64,000 bases of DNA from an uncultured virus (IMG/VR IMGVR_UViG_3300020185_000031) (Duplodnaviria > Heunggongvirae > Uroviricota > Caudoviricetes), in IMG/VR virus record IMGVR_UViG_3300020185_000031, positions 1 to 64,000 of that record; one strand, given 5' to 3'. Both the position numbers and the translations under genes were made by a program. A model generated the notes under the pieces. It was given only the letters and a program-made list of their open reading frames with translations, was not told where the DNA came from and searched no databases. Below are positions 46,081-55,723 of this stretch, in pieces. Position 1 is the first letter of the stretch; every line of letters starts with the position of its first letter.

Positions 46081-49000
46081 ATGGCATACTCTACGATCAT
46101 ATATTATAAAGACGAACTAAAAACACAAGCAACTGTTTGTAATGGAGGGCACACTATTTTGCCCGGAGCAATACCTGTTGCAGGTGGTAGCTACCTAATA
46201 TATTACAACGAAAATAATGCACTTACTGCTGGTATTTCTGACGGAGCTAGTATTGGTGATATAGCAATCGCAGGCTTAAATATTTACCTCGAGAATGCAA
46301 CTGCGGATGCAGAAGACGCTTTTAGTCTGTCGCCTAGTGGTTGGTATTCTAGTACAGTGTTTGATGGTACTCAAGCTACAGATACTACAGTAACTCGATG
46401 GGTTAATCCAGCAGATGGAAATCCGGGATCGTGGATTTCACCATCAGTAACATGTGCTGCCGGCGGTAATCCTCCTGCTCCTCAAACTATATTTGCTCTT
46501 AACGTTTTTTACACAGTAGATATCGTAAATGGTTCGTATTGCGCACAGAATGGAGCAGTAACTATTTATTACGATGGAGGTAATTCTCTACCTACAATTG
46601 AGAAGATCATTCATGAGTATAACCTAGGAAATATAAATATTGTTGGTTTTTACCAGGCACTAGGTGCTCCAGATCCTTCTCTTTCAGGGTTTACTCTTTC
46701 TGATTTAACCGACCCTAATGCTTTTAGGCTATTTGGTTTAGAAGAATTTAAACAAGGATCCTATGGATCTTTTCTAAGTACTTTTTATAATTATAATCAG
46801 GGTGTTGATAGATGGTACAACGCAGTAGGGACTAATATAACGGATTACACACAAAGTACTGCTGTACCTACAGTTGATCCTGGAGATGATACAGCAAGTG
46901 CAGTATTAAATGGATGGAATCCGTATTGGTGTGTTGGTGTAGGAGCAGAATCTATTAGTTTAAATTTTGCTTCAACCCCTAATGATTTCTGTACTAATCC
47001 AGTAACTGGTACATATTACTACTACAATGGACCCGGAGGTACGGTGTATACAACTATTGAAGATTTAGCACTTTACAATACAGTTATTTTTACCACCGAG
47101 TATGATGCTATTGCGTTCTTTAGCAACCCTACGCATATTACTAATATTGCACCAAAGGGTACATATTCACACGTTACTGGATATGGATACGAGTACGGAC
47201 AGCTTAGTGGTTGGGAGGACTACGTACTATCATGTATTTTAGTTGGGCCTTTATCATCTAGAGCTATCACCATTAACATTCCAATTTGCGATGATTATGG
47301 AGATAATGTTGGAGTATGTCATTATCCTACAGAATCGATAACTGCATATTATTATGCATCACAAGATGCAAATTTACTACAAATAGTTCAAAATAATATA
47401 TACTTGTATAATGATGCCGCGAGCGCAGCATCTTCCAATTATAATAATTTAATAAGATATCAATATTTTAGTACATCGGACAATAGTATTCCTGCTAACC
47501 AGTATTTTATATGGACTGGTGATAGATTTATAGGAAGAGATGCGTTAGGCAACGTTCACAATTCAGTCAATACGCCTTATGCAATAACACAGGGTACTAC
47601 ATGCCCAACTGTTACAAGACCTTCAATCTATGGAACTGAATTACTAAACACTGGAGGATCTAGAGTATTCTATGCTTTTTATAAGTGCTCTCCAGTAACT
47701 ATTGCTAGCGGTACAAATTCACATCCAATCTATATTATAGACTCTGGACATAATAGTGGAGGTACTAGCTACGTTACTGATTTTGTTGATTTATTAAAGT
47801 TAGAAAATAAGCTTATTTTTTCAACTGGAGTTTGCGATTGTGTACAGTACGTTCACACTATTTTAGCAAACACTGAAAGTGAGGCAAAACTTTTACTTGA
47901 TTCATATTATACTGCTGCAGAATTTAGCGAAGCCTCTCTACTTGGAATATACAGTGAAAATAGCGTAAACATATATCCTAGCTGTTCCGATTGTTCTAAC
48001 GAAAATAATGAAACATCTTATACTTTTCCGTTTATAGAAGCTGCACAGCCTATTCAAATAGGGCCTAATACAAATACTGAAAAGAATTACAAATTAGATA
48101 ACGTATCGATACCTCTACTTAGAACAAATCCAAAACTTAGTACTAACGTTAAATTAGTAGCTGATACTTCTAATAGAATCTACTTTGATTCTATAAATGC
48201 AACTCAAGATTTATCTGATTCTAATTATAAAAAATGGGAGCTTAGTGCAGATTCAAGATACTCTGAAGATTTAGCAAGATATTATTTAGTTAATAGTACG
48301 CCAATAGACTCAGCATTTACTACTAAAAGAAACTATTCTGATTTTTCAGTACTTGATGAGTACGATAAACAATACGAAGAAGATTACCAATATGGCGCTA
48401 AACTAAATACGTCTAAGATGTATTCTGAAGATTATAGAATCACTGCTCCCATCTGGTTAGATGTTAATATTCCTAAAAAGTTTGTGATCTATAGAGTAGA
48501 TAACCCGAAGCCAGATTCTAGTTTTGAAAATAGTTCAGAAGATAAGCTTTCTAGAATTGTAAAGATGACTAGTAATTCTACAATTGTTAAGGTGTTTGAT
48601 TTGTCGAAACAATCTTCAATTGGTAAGTATATTAGAAATCACGTACAGGATGAGTTTTTTCCTGAATCTCCAACAACAATCACAATGGAGAAAGATAAAA
48701 ACTCTACGTTTAATGGTATTGATTTACAAAAGGGCGGATTCACGCGTAAGAGCGAGTATTTATATGATGATTATGTTAAAAAAGATTTAACAGTTATTGA
48801 TTCTAATGATTTTATAACTGACGGTTTTAGAAGAAACAAGGTGGCTTGTGCCAATCTAGTGAATCTAGAATTTATGTTTGATGATGATTCTACTGAAGGA
48901 TACTCTGTTAACAGATATTTTGGACTTTATGTTGATGATATTGAGTCAGGTACTGGAGAGATTTCTTATGTTACAAATGGCGTCGTTAAGTTTAAAAACT

Positions 49001-52000
49001 TAGAATCTTATTTAGAAGGAGCTGACCCAACATATGCTATTCCCGAATTTGCACTACTGAGAAATACAGGGTCGTTGGGATACGCGAGAATTGGAGATTC
49101 TTTTTATAATTTAGATGGTTCTAATACATATGATGCTATACGATATAATGTTTCTGTAAAAGCAGATAGTGAAGATATTAATAGTAAGCTTGGTATTATT
49201 AAAAAAGACAAATCAGTTCAATTGGTTTCTAATTCTAGTTCTGGAGGAGACTTTATAAAAATGCAATTTACTAACAACCCAATAAACAATGATTTGTTTA
49301 GGGTTACCCCAGTAAAAAAAGAGTCAGTTAGGCTTAAAATTATCAGTAATGTTAACGGAGATGTTGTAAATGTTACTGATAATTTCGGGAATTTTGTTCA
49401 GTTTGCAATGGGTATAGATTCTAGCACATCTTGGACAGCACTTGAATCTGTTTGGTCCGACATTAAGATAAACCCTGGAAATTACACATCTGCTGAAATA
49501 AACTTTTATGATAGATATGAATTAAGCGTCGAGGCAGATTCTAATCAAATTAATAGCGTAGTTTTTAAAGAGAGAAGTTCTAATTTAATAGACAACGGTA
49601 TTTCAGTAAGCACAACAACTTCGGTTGTTGCTATAAGAGAAATTTATACTAATGTTGACCAAGAGATTGGTACCTTTATGGCCGATGACACTGGACTTCT
49701 TGATAAGGGTCGATTTAATTCTTCTAGATTTTCAGCGCTTGGAAGTACAAGTGATGTAGCTTTTGCCTTTGCAGGTGCCATTAGGAACAACACAGGGTTT
49801 AACGCTTTCAGTGTGAATGATTATGTGTATATCATAAGCGGTGTTCAAGGATATCGCCTAATGAACTGCGCTGTGATAATTCCAATAATTAACTCAAGTA
49901 TTGTAGGAGATAGTGTAGATTTAGAAAATAATCTTTTATTAAGTCAAGATATTATTAATAACAACAAATCATACTACTTCAATGGCGGACATTCTGGAGG
50001 AAATTCAATGTATGTTGATTCATCTATTGTTTCTGAAATTAAAAAAGGAGATTATATCCCTACTAATTATAAGGATTCATATAATTTAGTACTTGATGTC
50101 GTAGAAGACACTGATATTCAAAATAGTTTAAATCATAAGGTGATATTACAACAGAAGAATGTATTGCCGTCATCTAACTACGAAATATACGTTAAGAATA
50201 AGATGACACTTGGTATGTTCTCTGCATATGATATTCATGATATGAATTTTGATACGTATGACACTTCTAATTCTAATTTAAAAGAATTAGAATATGAGAC
50301 CAGATCAAACATGAACTACCAGCCATATGAAGATGCGTCGTTGGGTAATCTAGGGGCTGATAATACAATTAATCCTGATTTTATCATCGATCCTATTAAA
50401 TATTTTGCGAATCTACAACCTCTACTAAATGGAGAGGATTCGACTGAGGTGACCCAGGTTGACATCAAATCGGAATATGATAGATTAAATGAGAATTCTT
50501 TAAAAGAGTACTCTACTAACTCTAGAGTTGTTCCAGATATTAATAAGTGGGCTCTTAAAGATACAACAAACGTTAGAGAAGAGCCTTATTATCTAAACAC
50601 AAATGAGGCATTTGGAAGAACCAACTTTTCTCCTGATGTTACTATAGAAGGAAGAAATAGAGAAGCGTTTTCTCATGAATGGTTCTACTTAGACAAATGG
50701 CCAGATTATATGAAATATGACATGTATAACGATGGCTTTAGTTATGTTAATTTTGTAAATGGCGTTGATATAGAAAGATCTATATTTACTGACACTTCTG
50801 TTGATTATTTCGATATGTATATGGTGTCGGAAGGACATGAGGTTCCAGTTGCTTTAATTGATTCGTTAGATAACTCTACTGTGAAAGAAACATCGTTCTA
50901 TACTAAGACCAAATTAAATAAAAAATATACTATAGCAAGAGGAGGAAACAGTTTAGATTTTGCGAGTACTATTTTTAAAGGACTTAAATTTGTTTTTAAG
51001 AAGAGAAAAGATGGACAATCGTTAATTAATGGAGAGTTCTTTAAAGATTCTGAATTTAACGGTTACAAATTCTCAACGCTAGTGACAGTTGATACTAATG
51101 CTTCTTCAAATAATATAGAGTATGAATTTATTAAAAATGATAAATTTGAATTTATTATATTTTTTATTAAGTTGAGTATTCAAGATGTTTTTGTTGGTAA
51201 TTACATGAACAGGAAGTATCTATATGAACTACAACACAAAATAGTAACTGGGTTTGATCCTTTAAGTGGAGGTAACTATTATAAGTATGCTGATGTTAGT
51301 GTTGACGGATCACTTGATATAACATCAACGAACTGGGCAGCTGGTCCATACATTGTTAATGGAGTAAGCGATATTGATGGAAATTTACCTAACTTTGATA
51401 CTCAGATATCGCCAACATTTGACGGTACATATGGCACTATTAAAATAGACTATGATCCATCAAACACATCCTCAGTTGAATATTTTATAGATATCGTTAA
51501 AGTGATATCTAGTAATAAGATTCAAGTTGATGGACCTCCTTATTATTACACTGTCGGAGAACATCCTACTGGAACTAGACAAAATATAAATCCATACATG
51601 GTACCAGGGCAATCGCAAATTTCTGCTAGCTACACTTATTTAGAAGGAGGAGTAAACGCTCATTCAACACTGCTTAGAGACTTATCTGCTAATACAGTTT
51701 ATAACAAGCTTAAAGATAATACTGGAGAGATTAAGTTTACAACTATAGATGATAGCGGTGCTGAAACTGCAAATCAATTTACGGTAGTTATTGAAAATGG
51801 CAATGAGGTAGTAAAACATTCAACTTTAGTCACGGAGATAGACAAAGATACTCCAAAAAGTTTTAAGTTAAAAAAAGAAACAATAGGTCACGAACTAACT
51901 AACGAGCATGTATATTATCCGTTTTTAATTAGACATAACGGAAACTATACTATTTCAACAACGCCAGTCGTCGAGTTTACTGATGTATACGGATTTAATA

Positions 52001-52965
52001 AAATTATTAGAGATCAGAGAAGTTATGATTATGATATCAAGGCTCTTAAAGAACCTTATTATAAATTAAATCTTTCAACTAATTACGAAATCAACAAGTC
52101 AATCGCTTATTATAATAAGTATAATAGACTTGGTACCTCATTTAATGTTGGATTTATATCAGACAACGGTAGATATGATAATGATTGGGGAATTATTAAG
52201 AATCATTTTTATCATAAAGTAAATGAAATCAATACTGCCGGAGTTACTAAACTTTCTGAGAGTAGTGAGCATTTACCTCAATATCCATTAATTAATGAAA
52301 TTGCAATTGATAAAAAAGACAGAAATGTTTTTAAATCTGCATGGGAGGATAACTATTATGTTAGATCGAAGGCAGGAGGCAACATAGATTATCTACCAGG
52401 CACTGTTTCTACAATCGAAGAAAAGTCTTATTTAGCATCTGCTCTTGTTAAATATAGACCATCATACTCTATATTAGAGTTTACGACTTCTTCTGTAACC
52501 AGTGAATCTGAGTTAGATTTAATATTAGTTAATGATTCTAGTAAAACTAATGTTGTATTCTTTGAAGATAACAATAGTATTATTGCAGATTTCTATCTTT
52601 CAGATTTAATAGCTGGTGTTATAGGAGATGATGGTCTTAGACAAACAATTAACCTATTTGTTTCTCCAGAGAATTCTGAAGGAGATAAGACCACTGTTGA
52701 AGATGACATTAAAAAGTACGCACTTAACAATATAGTAGGATTATATGTTATGGAAAATATACAACTTTATACTAAAAAATATAAAGGCAACCCTTCTGAG
52801 TTTATATCTACTGATTCAATAGAATTGATTGATAACGGATATGTTGCTGATCAAAATTTTACGTATAATGCGCACGGACAAAAGCCACTTAATTTTAGAC
52901 TAATATATAATAAAGAACTAGGCTATTCATATAGCATCAGAACTTTGATAAAAATACAAGCATAA
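46081..52965 (+). CDS. Giant (2294 aa) virion protein with Cys/Tyr-rich N-terminal modules
   Basis: Very long ORF in the tail block; composition shifts near PLLRTNPKL (about 48110). Confidence 0.65.
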   Translation: MAYSTIIYYKDELKTQATVCNGGHTILPGAIPVAGGSYLIYYNENNALTAGISDGASIGDIAIAGLNIYLENATADAEDAFSLSPSGWYSSTVFDGTQATDTTVTRWVNPADGNPGSWISPSVTCAAGGNPPAPQTIFALNVFYTVDIVNGSYCAQNGAVTIYYDGGNSLPTIEKIIHEYNLGNINIVGFYQALGAPDPSLSGFTLSDLTDPNAFRLFGLEEFKQGSYGSFLSTFYNYNQGVDRWYNAVGTNITDYTQSTAVPTVDPGDDTASAVLNGWNPYWCVGVGAESISLNFASTPNDFCTNPVTGTYYYYNGPGGTVYTTIEDLALYNTVIFTTEYDAIAFFSNPTHITNIAPKGTYSHVTGYGYEYGQLSGWEDYVLSCILVGPLSSRAITINIPICDDYGDNVGVCHYPTESITAYYYASQDANLLQIVQNNIYLYNDAASAASSNYNNLIRYQYFSTSDNSIPANQYFIWTGDRFIGRDALGNVHNSVNTPYAITQGTTCPTVTRPSIYGTELLNTGGSRVFYAFYKCSPVTIASGTNSHPIYIIDSGHNSGGTSYVTDFVDLLKLENKLIFSTGVCDCVQYVHTILANTESEAKLLLDSYYTAAEFSEASLLGIYSENSVNIYPSCSDCSNENNETSYTFPFIEAAQPIQIGPNTNTEKNYKLDNVSIPLLRTNPKLSTNVKLVADTSNRIYFDSINATQDLSDSNYKKWELSADSRYSEDLARYYLVNSTPIDSAFTTKRNYSDFSVLDEYDKQYEEDYQYGAKLNTSKMYSEDYRITAPIWLDVNIPKKFVIYRVDNPKPDSSFENSSEDKLSRIVKMTSNSTIVKVFDLSKQSSIGKYIRNHVQDEFFPESPTTITMEKDKNSTFNGIDLQKGGFTRKSEYLYDDYVKKDLTVIDSNDFITDGFRRNKVACANLVNLEFMFDDDSTEGYSVNRYFGLYVDDIESGTGEISYVTNGVVKFKNLESYLEGADPTYAIPEFALLRNTGSLGYARIGDSFYNLDGSNTYDAIRYNVSVKADSEDINSKLGIIKKDKSVQLVSNSSSGGDFIKMQFTNNPINNDLFRVTPVKKESVRLKIISNVNGDVVNVTDNFGNFVQFAMGIDSSTSWTALESVWSDIKINPGNYTSAEINFYDRYELSVEADSNQINSVVFKERSSNLIDNGISVSTTTSVVAIREIYTNVDQEIGTFMADDTGLLDKGRFNSSRFSALGSTSDVAFAFAGAIRNNTGFNAFSVNDYVYIISGVQGYRLMNCAVIIPIINSSIVGDSVDLENNLLLSQDIINNNKSYYFNGGHSGGNSMYVDSSIVSEIKKGDYIPTNYKDSYNLVLDVVEDTDIQNSLNHKVILQQKNVLPSSNYEIYVKNKMTLGMFSAYDIHDMNFDTYDTSNSNLKELEYETRSNMNYQPYEDASLGNLGADNTINPDFIIDPIKYFANLQPLLNGEDSTEVTQVDIKSEYDRLNENSLKEYSTNSRVVPDINKWALKDTTNVREEPYYLNTNEAFGRTNFSPDVTIEGRNREAFSHEWFYLDKWPDYMKYDMYNDGFSYVNFVNGVDIERSIFTDTSVDYFDMYMVSEGHEVPVALIDSLDNSTVKETSFYTKTKLNKKYTIARGGNSLDFASTIFKGLKFVFKKRKDGQSLINGEFFKDSEFNGYKFSTLVTVDTNASSNNIEYEFIKNDKFEFIIFFIKLSIQDVFVGNYMNRKYLYELQHKIVTGFDPLSGGNYYKYADVSVDGSLDITSTNWAAGPYIVNGVSDIDGNLPNFDTQISPTFDGTYGTIKIDYDPSNTSSVEYFIDIVKVISSNKIQVDGPPYYYTVGEHPTGTRQNINPYMVPGQSQISASYTYLEGGVNAHSTLLRDLSANTVYNKLKDNTGEIKFTTIDDSGAETANQFTVVIENGNEVVKHSTLVTEIDKDTPKSFKLKKETIGHELTNEHVYYPFLIRHNGNYTISTTPVVEFTDVYGFNKIIRDQRSYDYDIKALKEPYYKLNLSTNYEINKSIAYYNKYNRLGTSFNVGFISDNGRYDNDWGIIKNHFYHKVNEINTAGVTKLSESSEHLPQYPLINEIAIDKKDRNVFKSAWEDNYYVRSKAGGNIDYLPGTVSTIEEKSYLASALVKYRPSYSILEFTTSSVTSESELDLILVNDSSKTNVVFFEDNNSIIADFYLSDLIAGVIGDDGLRQTINLFVSPENSEGDKTTVEDDIKKYALNNIVGLYVMENIQLYTKKYKGNPSEFISTDSIELIDNGYVADQNFTYNAHGQKPLNFRLIYNKELGYSYSIRTLIKIQA

Positions 52966-52966
52966 C

Positions 52967-54889
52967 ATGCCAATTAACATTAAAGAAATATTTTACCCAG
53001 GAGATACAGATCAAATTAAATGGGGTAAGATCAATTATAATTTTGATCAAGTACAAGCAAACGGCGGGAAGCAAGGACCGACTGGTGAAAAAGGAAGCAC
53101 TGGTAATATTGGAGCTACTGGAGTTAAGGGAGACACTGGAGACCCTGGAGTCAAAGGAGATACAGGACCAACAGGTACTTCTACTAATTTCTGGGATAGA
53201 GAAACTCACACTAACGGAAATGCATTCGTTATTAAACCAAAGGATGGTACAAAATCGAGCGAAACTGCTGTTTTTATAGGAGATACAGATTACGTAGAGG
53301 GAACAACCACCGGTGCATTAAACCCAAACTCACAGCTTACTGTTAAAAATAGTACTGGTTTTGCATATTCTCAAAAATGGATGCCTGATGGCGCAGGTAT
53401 GACCGGGTTAATTGGAGATGATAACCTTACAATTAGAGGATCGGGTACTACTAACTTTGACGGAAACAACAATGCAGGTACTCATTTTTTTATACAGCCC
53501 GAAAATAACGTTAACGCAAGTACTAAACTTTCTATAGAATCCGATGTATTAGAGCTTAAAGGGTATAACAAGATTGATATTCTAAACACAAATGGAATTG
53601 AATTTCTAGATGGAGGAGATATTACGATTAACCCATTATCTACTTTTACAAAGGCAGTAACTTTTAGTGATAATATAACGGTATCTGGTACCGTTAACAT
53701 ATCTGGAGATTTAACGTCTTCTGCAAATTCTTACTTTGGAGGTAATGGGTTTATTAAGGTACCTGTTGGGACAACAGCACAGAGACCCGTGTCACCTCAA
53801 ATTGGTATGGTTAGATACAATAATGGATCTGGTCTTTTTGAAGGGTACGAGGGTACTTCTTGGAAAGATCTAACTAAACTTTCTAATAATACAAAGACTA
53901 CGTATGTTTCAGTTCAAGCTAATGCTGCGTATGCTGAGGCGGCAGATAATAAAGTTAACATCGTTGTAGGAGGATCAACTATAATGGACCTAAATACAAC
54001 TGTAGTAAATGTAACGCAAGATTTAAAGATAGCGAATACAAAAAATGTACACATATTAGGAGGAGATGAAGGTATTATATATCCTGCGGGAGGCCTAAAG
54101 CCAGCTAGTAACCTTAACGTTCCAGCAAACACAATTACGTATTCTTCACCAAGCAACGGCACGTCTACGTCACTTAGAAACTTAAACGATTATTTTTATC
54201 AACAATCATATTTTCCAGAAACAAAGCAAGCAGCAAGCGCGGTGCATCACCCCGGTACTTACTTTCTCGGAAGACAGGCCTCTAATGGAGCTATTACATG
54301 GATTCCGAGTATTGTAAGCGGTATCACTAAATACACTAAGAGTGCTGAATCAAAAGTAACTTGGACCAAAATAGGAAATCAGGTTATGGTAAATGGACAC
54401 TATAAATTTCAATTATCAGGAAGCTGGAGTGGAATTGCTACACCTACTAATTCGAATAATGATTTAATAATCGGTCTTGGAGAACCAAGTGGAACTACGT
54501 CAGATCCAGCGCAGTTTCCATTTAAAAATGATGGAGATCAGCCAATACATGTAAATGTTAGCGCATACTTTCTTGGATACGACAAGACCGGTGTTGATAG
54601 TAGTGGCACCTTTATGCAAGCAAACACTAGTGGATTGACTGGATTATATGGTATAATTGAGCCAGGTAAAAACTATATTAAACTATATTACACGCCAGTA
54701 TCATCTTATAATTCTACAACGCACGTAGCTAACCATACGATTACTACGGTGAAAGCGTCAAGGGTGTTATACATGTATAACAACACTGTATTCATGTTTA
54801 ATTTTACAATGCCATCTACTATTAACACTGGGAGAAACTCATACACAGTGGCAGCTGTTGGCGCACCTGGATTTGATGGACCGGCTTAA
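52967..54889 (+). CDS. Fibre protein with short collagen segment
   Basis: KINYNFD anchor; 13 Gly-X-Y triplets at 53066-53182; PVGTTAQRP...GMVRYN...FEGY.G.SW fibre motif. Confidence 0.75.
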   Translation: MPINIKEIFYPGDTDQIKWGKINYNFDQVQANGGKQGPTGEKGSTGNIGATGVKGDTGDPGVKGDTGPTGTSTNFWDRETHTNGNAFVIKPKDGTKSSETAVFIGDTDYVEGTTTGALNPNSQLTVKNSTGFAYSQKWMPDGAGMTGLIGDDNLTIRGSGTTNFDGNNNAGTHFFIQPENNVNASTKLSIESDVLELKGYNKIDILNTNGIEFLDGGDITINPLSTFTKAVTFSDNITVSGTVNISGDLTSSANSYFGGNGFIKVPVGTTAQRPVSPQIGMVRYNNGSGLFEGYEGTSWKDLTKLSNNTKTTYVSVQANAAYAEAADNKVNIVVGGSTIMDLNTTVVNVTQDLKIANTKNVHILGGDEGIIYPAGGLKPASNLNVPANTITYSSPSNGTSTSLRNLNDYFYQQSYFPETKQAASAVHHPGTYFLGRQASNGAITWIPSIVSGITKYTKSAESKVTWTKIGNQVMVNGHYKFQLSGSWSGIATPTNSNNDLIIGLGEPSGTTSDPAQFPFKNDGDQPIHVNVSAYFLGYDKTGVDSSGTFMQANTSGLTGLYGIIEPGKNYIKLYYTPVSSYNSTTHVANHTITTVKASRVLYMYNNTVFMFNFTMPSTINTGRNSYTVAAVGAPGFDGPA

Positions 54890-54902
54890 AATTATATAGA
54901 TT

Positions 54903-55709
54903 ATGAAAATTTTAAAAATACTTAGTACGATGAATAGAACAACTATAACATTTATAGTTGGTGCGCTAATGATGCTTCTTTTTTTACAACAATGTAATAA
55001 GAACTCGCAGTTAAAAAATGATCTAAAAGTTACTAGGCAAGATTCTGATAGAAACTTTAATAACTATCTAGCAACAAAAGACAGTATTAGAACTACTATC
55101 GCTGATAATGGAAGCTTAATTTCATCAATTAGAAGTTATGAATTTGATATTAGCAATTTTAAGGAAGATCAAAGGATTTTGGTAAACAAATACAAAAAGT
55201 CTCTTAATCTTAATAAAGACTTAAATCGTGTAAATTCTCTGCTCTCGGCTGATATAGTACTTAAAGATTCTATTATTGCAAATGTTTCAATAGTTAAAAT
55301 AGATAGCTTAAATAGTAAACTAACATTTGAGAAGATTGATGATTTTGGTAACGGTAATACTAGATCTATTAACGGTGAAATTAGCATTGTAAAAAATGAT
55401 AGCTTCTACAAATATGGAGACCCTATTATTAATTTAACGCAAACTATGAAGTTAATGGCTGCCGTTGAGGAGGTAAATGGATCAAATCAACTTAAAATAT
55501 CTACTAAATATCCAGGATTAATAATCACGGACATTGAAAATATAAACTTGATAAATAATAAGTTAAACCAAGAATACAAGAAGAAGGCTGGATGGTCGAT
55601 AGGTGTAGGAATTGGATATGGAATAAATTTAAATAACAATCAAGTGATTAGTACAGGTCCTTCGATCGGTATAGGTTTATTCTATTCTCCAAAATGGTTG
55701 AGATTTTAA
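54903..55709 (+). CDS. Membrane-anchored coiled-coil protein with C-terminal beta-hairpin (spanin candidate)
   Basis: N-terminal hydrophobic helix ending LQQC; coiled coil; GWSIGVGIGYG...IGIGLFYS..WLRF. Confidence 0.5.
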   Translation: MKILKILSTMNRTTITFIVGALMMLLFLQQCNKNSQLKNDLKVTRQDSDRNFNNYLATKDSIRTTIADNGSLISSIRSYEFDISNFKEDQRILVNKYKKSLNLNKDLNRVNSLLSADIVLKDSIIANVSIVKIDSLNSKLTFEKIDDFGNGNTRSINGEISIVKNDSFYKYGDPIINLTQTMKLMAAVEEVNGSNQLKISTKYPGLIITDIENINLINNKLNQEYKKKAGWSIGVGIGYGINLNNNQVISTGPSIGIGLFYSPKWLRF

Positions 55710-55723
55710 AATAAAAATAATTA

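Noticed and set aside
53043..53279. 78-aa + strand ORF
   Set aside because: Shadow frame of the second collagen segment inside 52967..54889.
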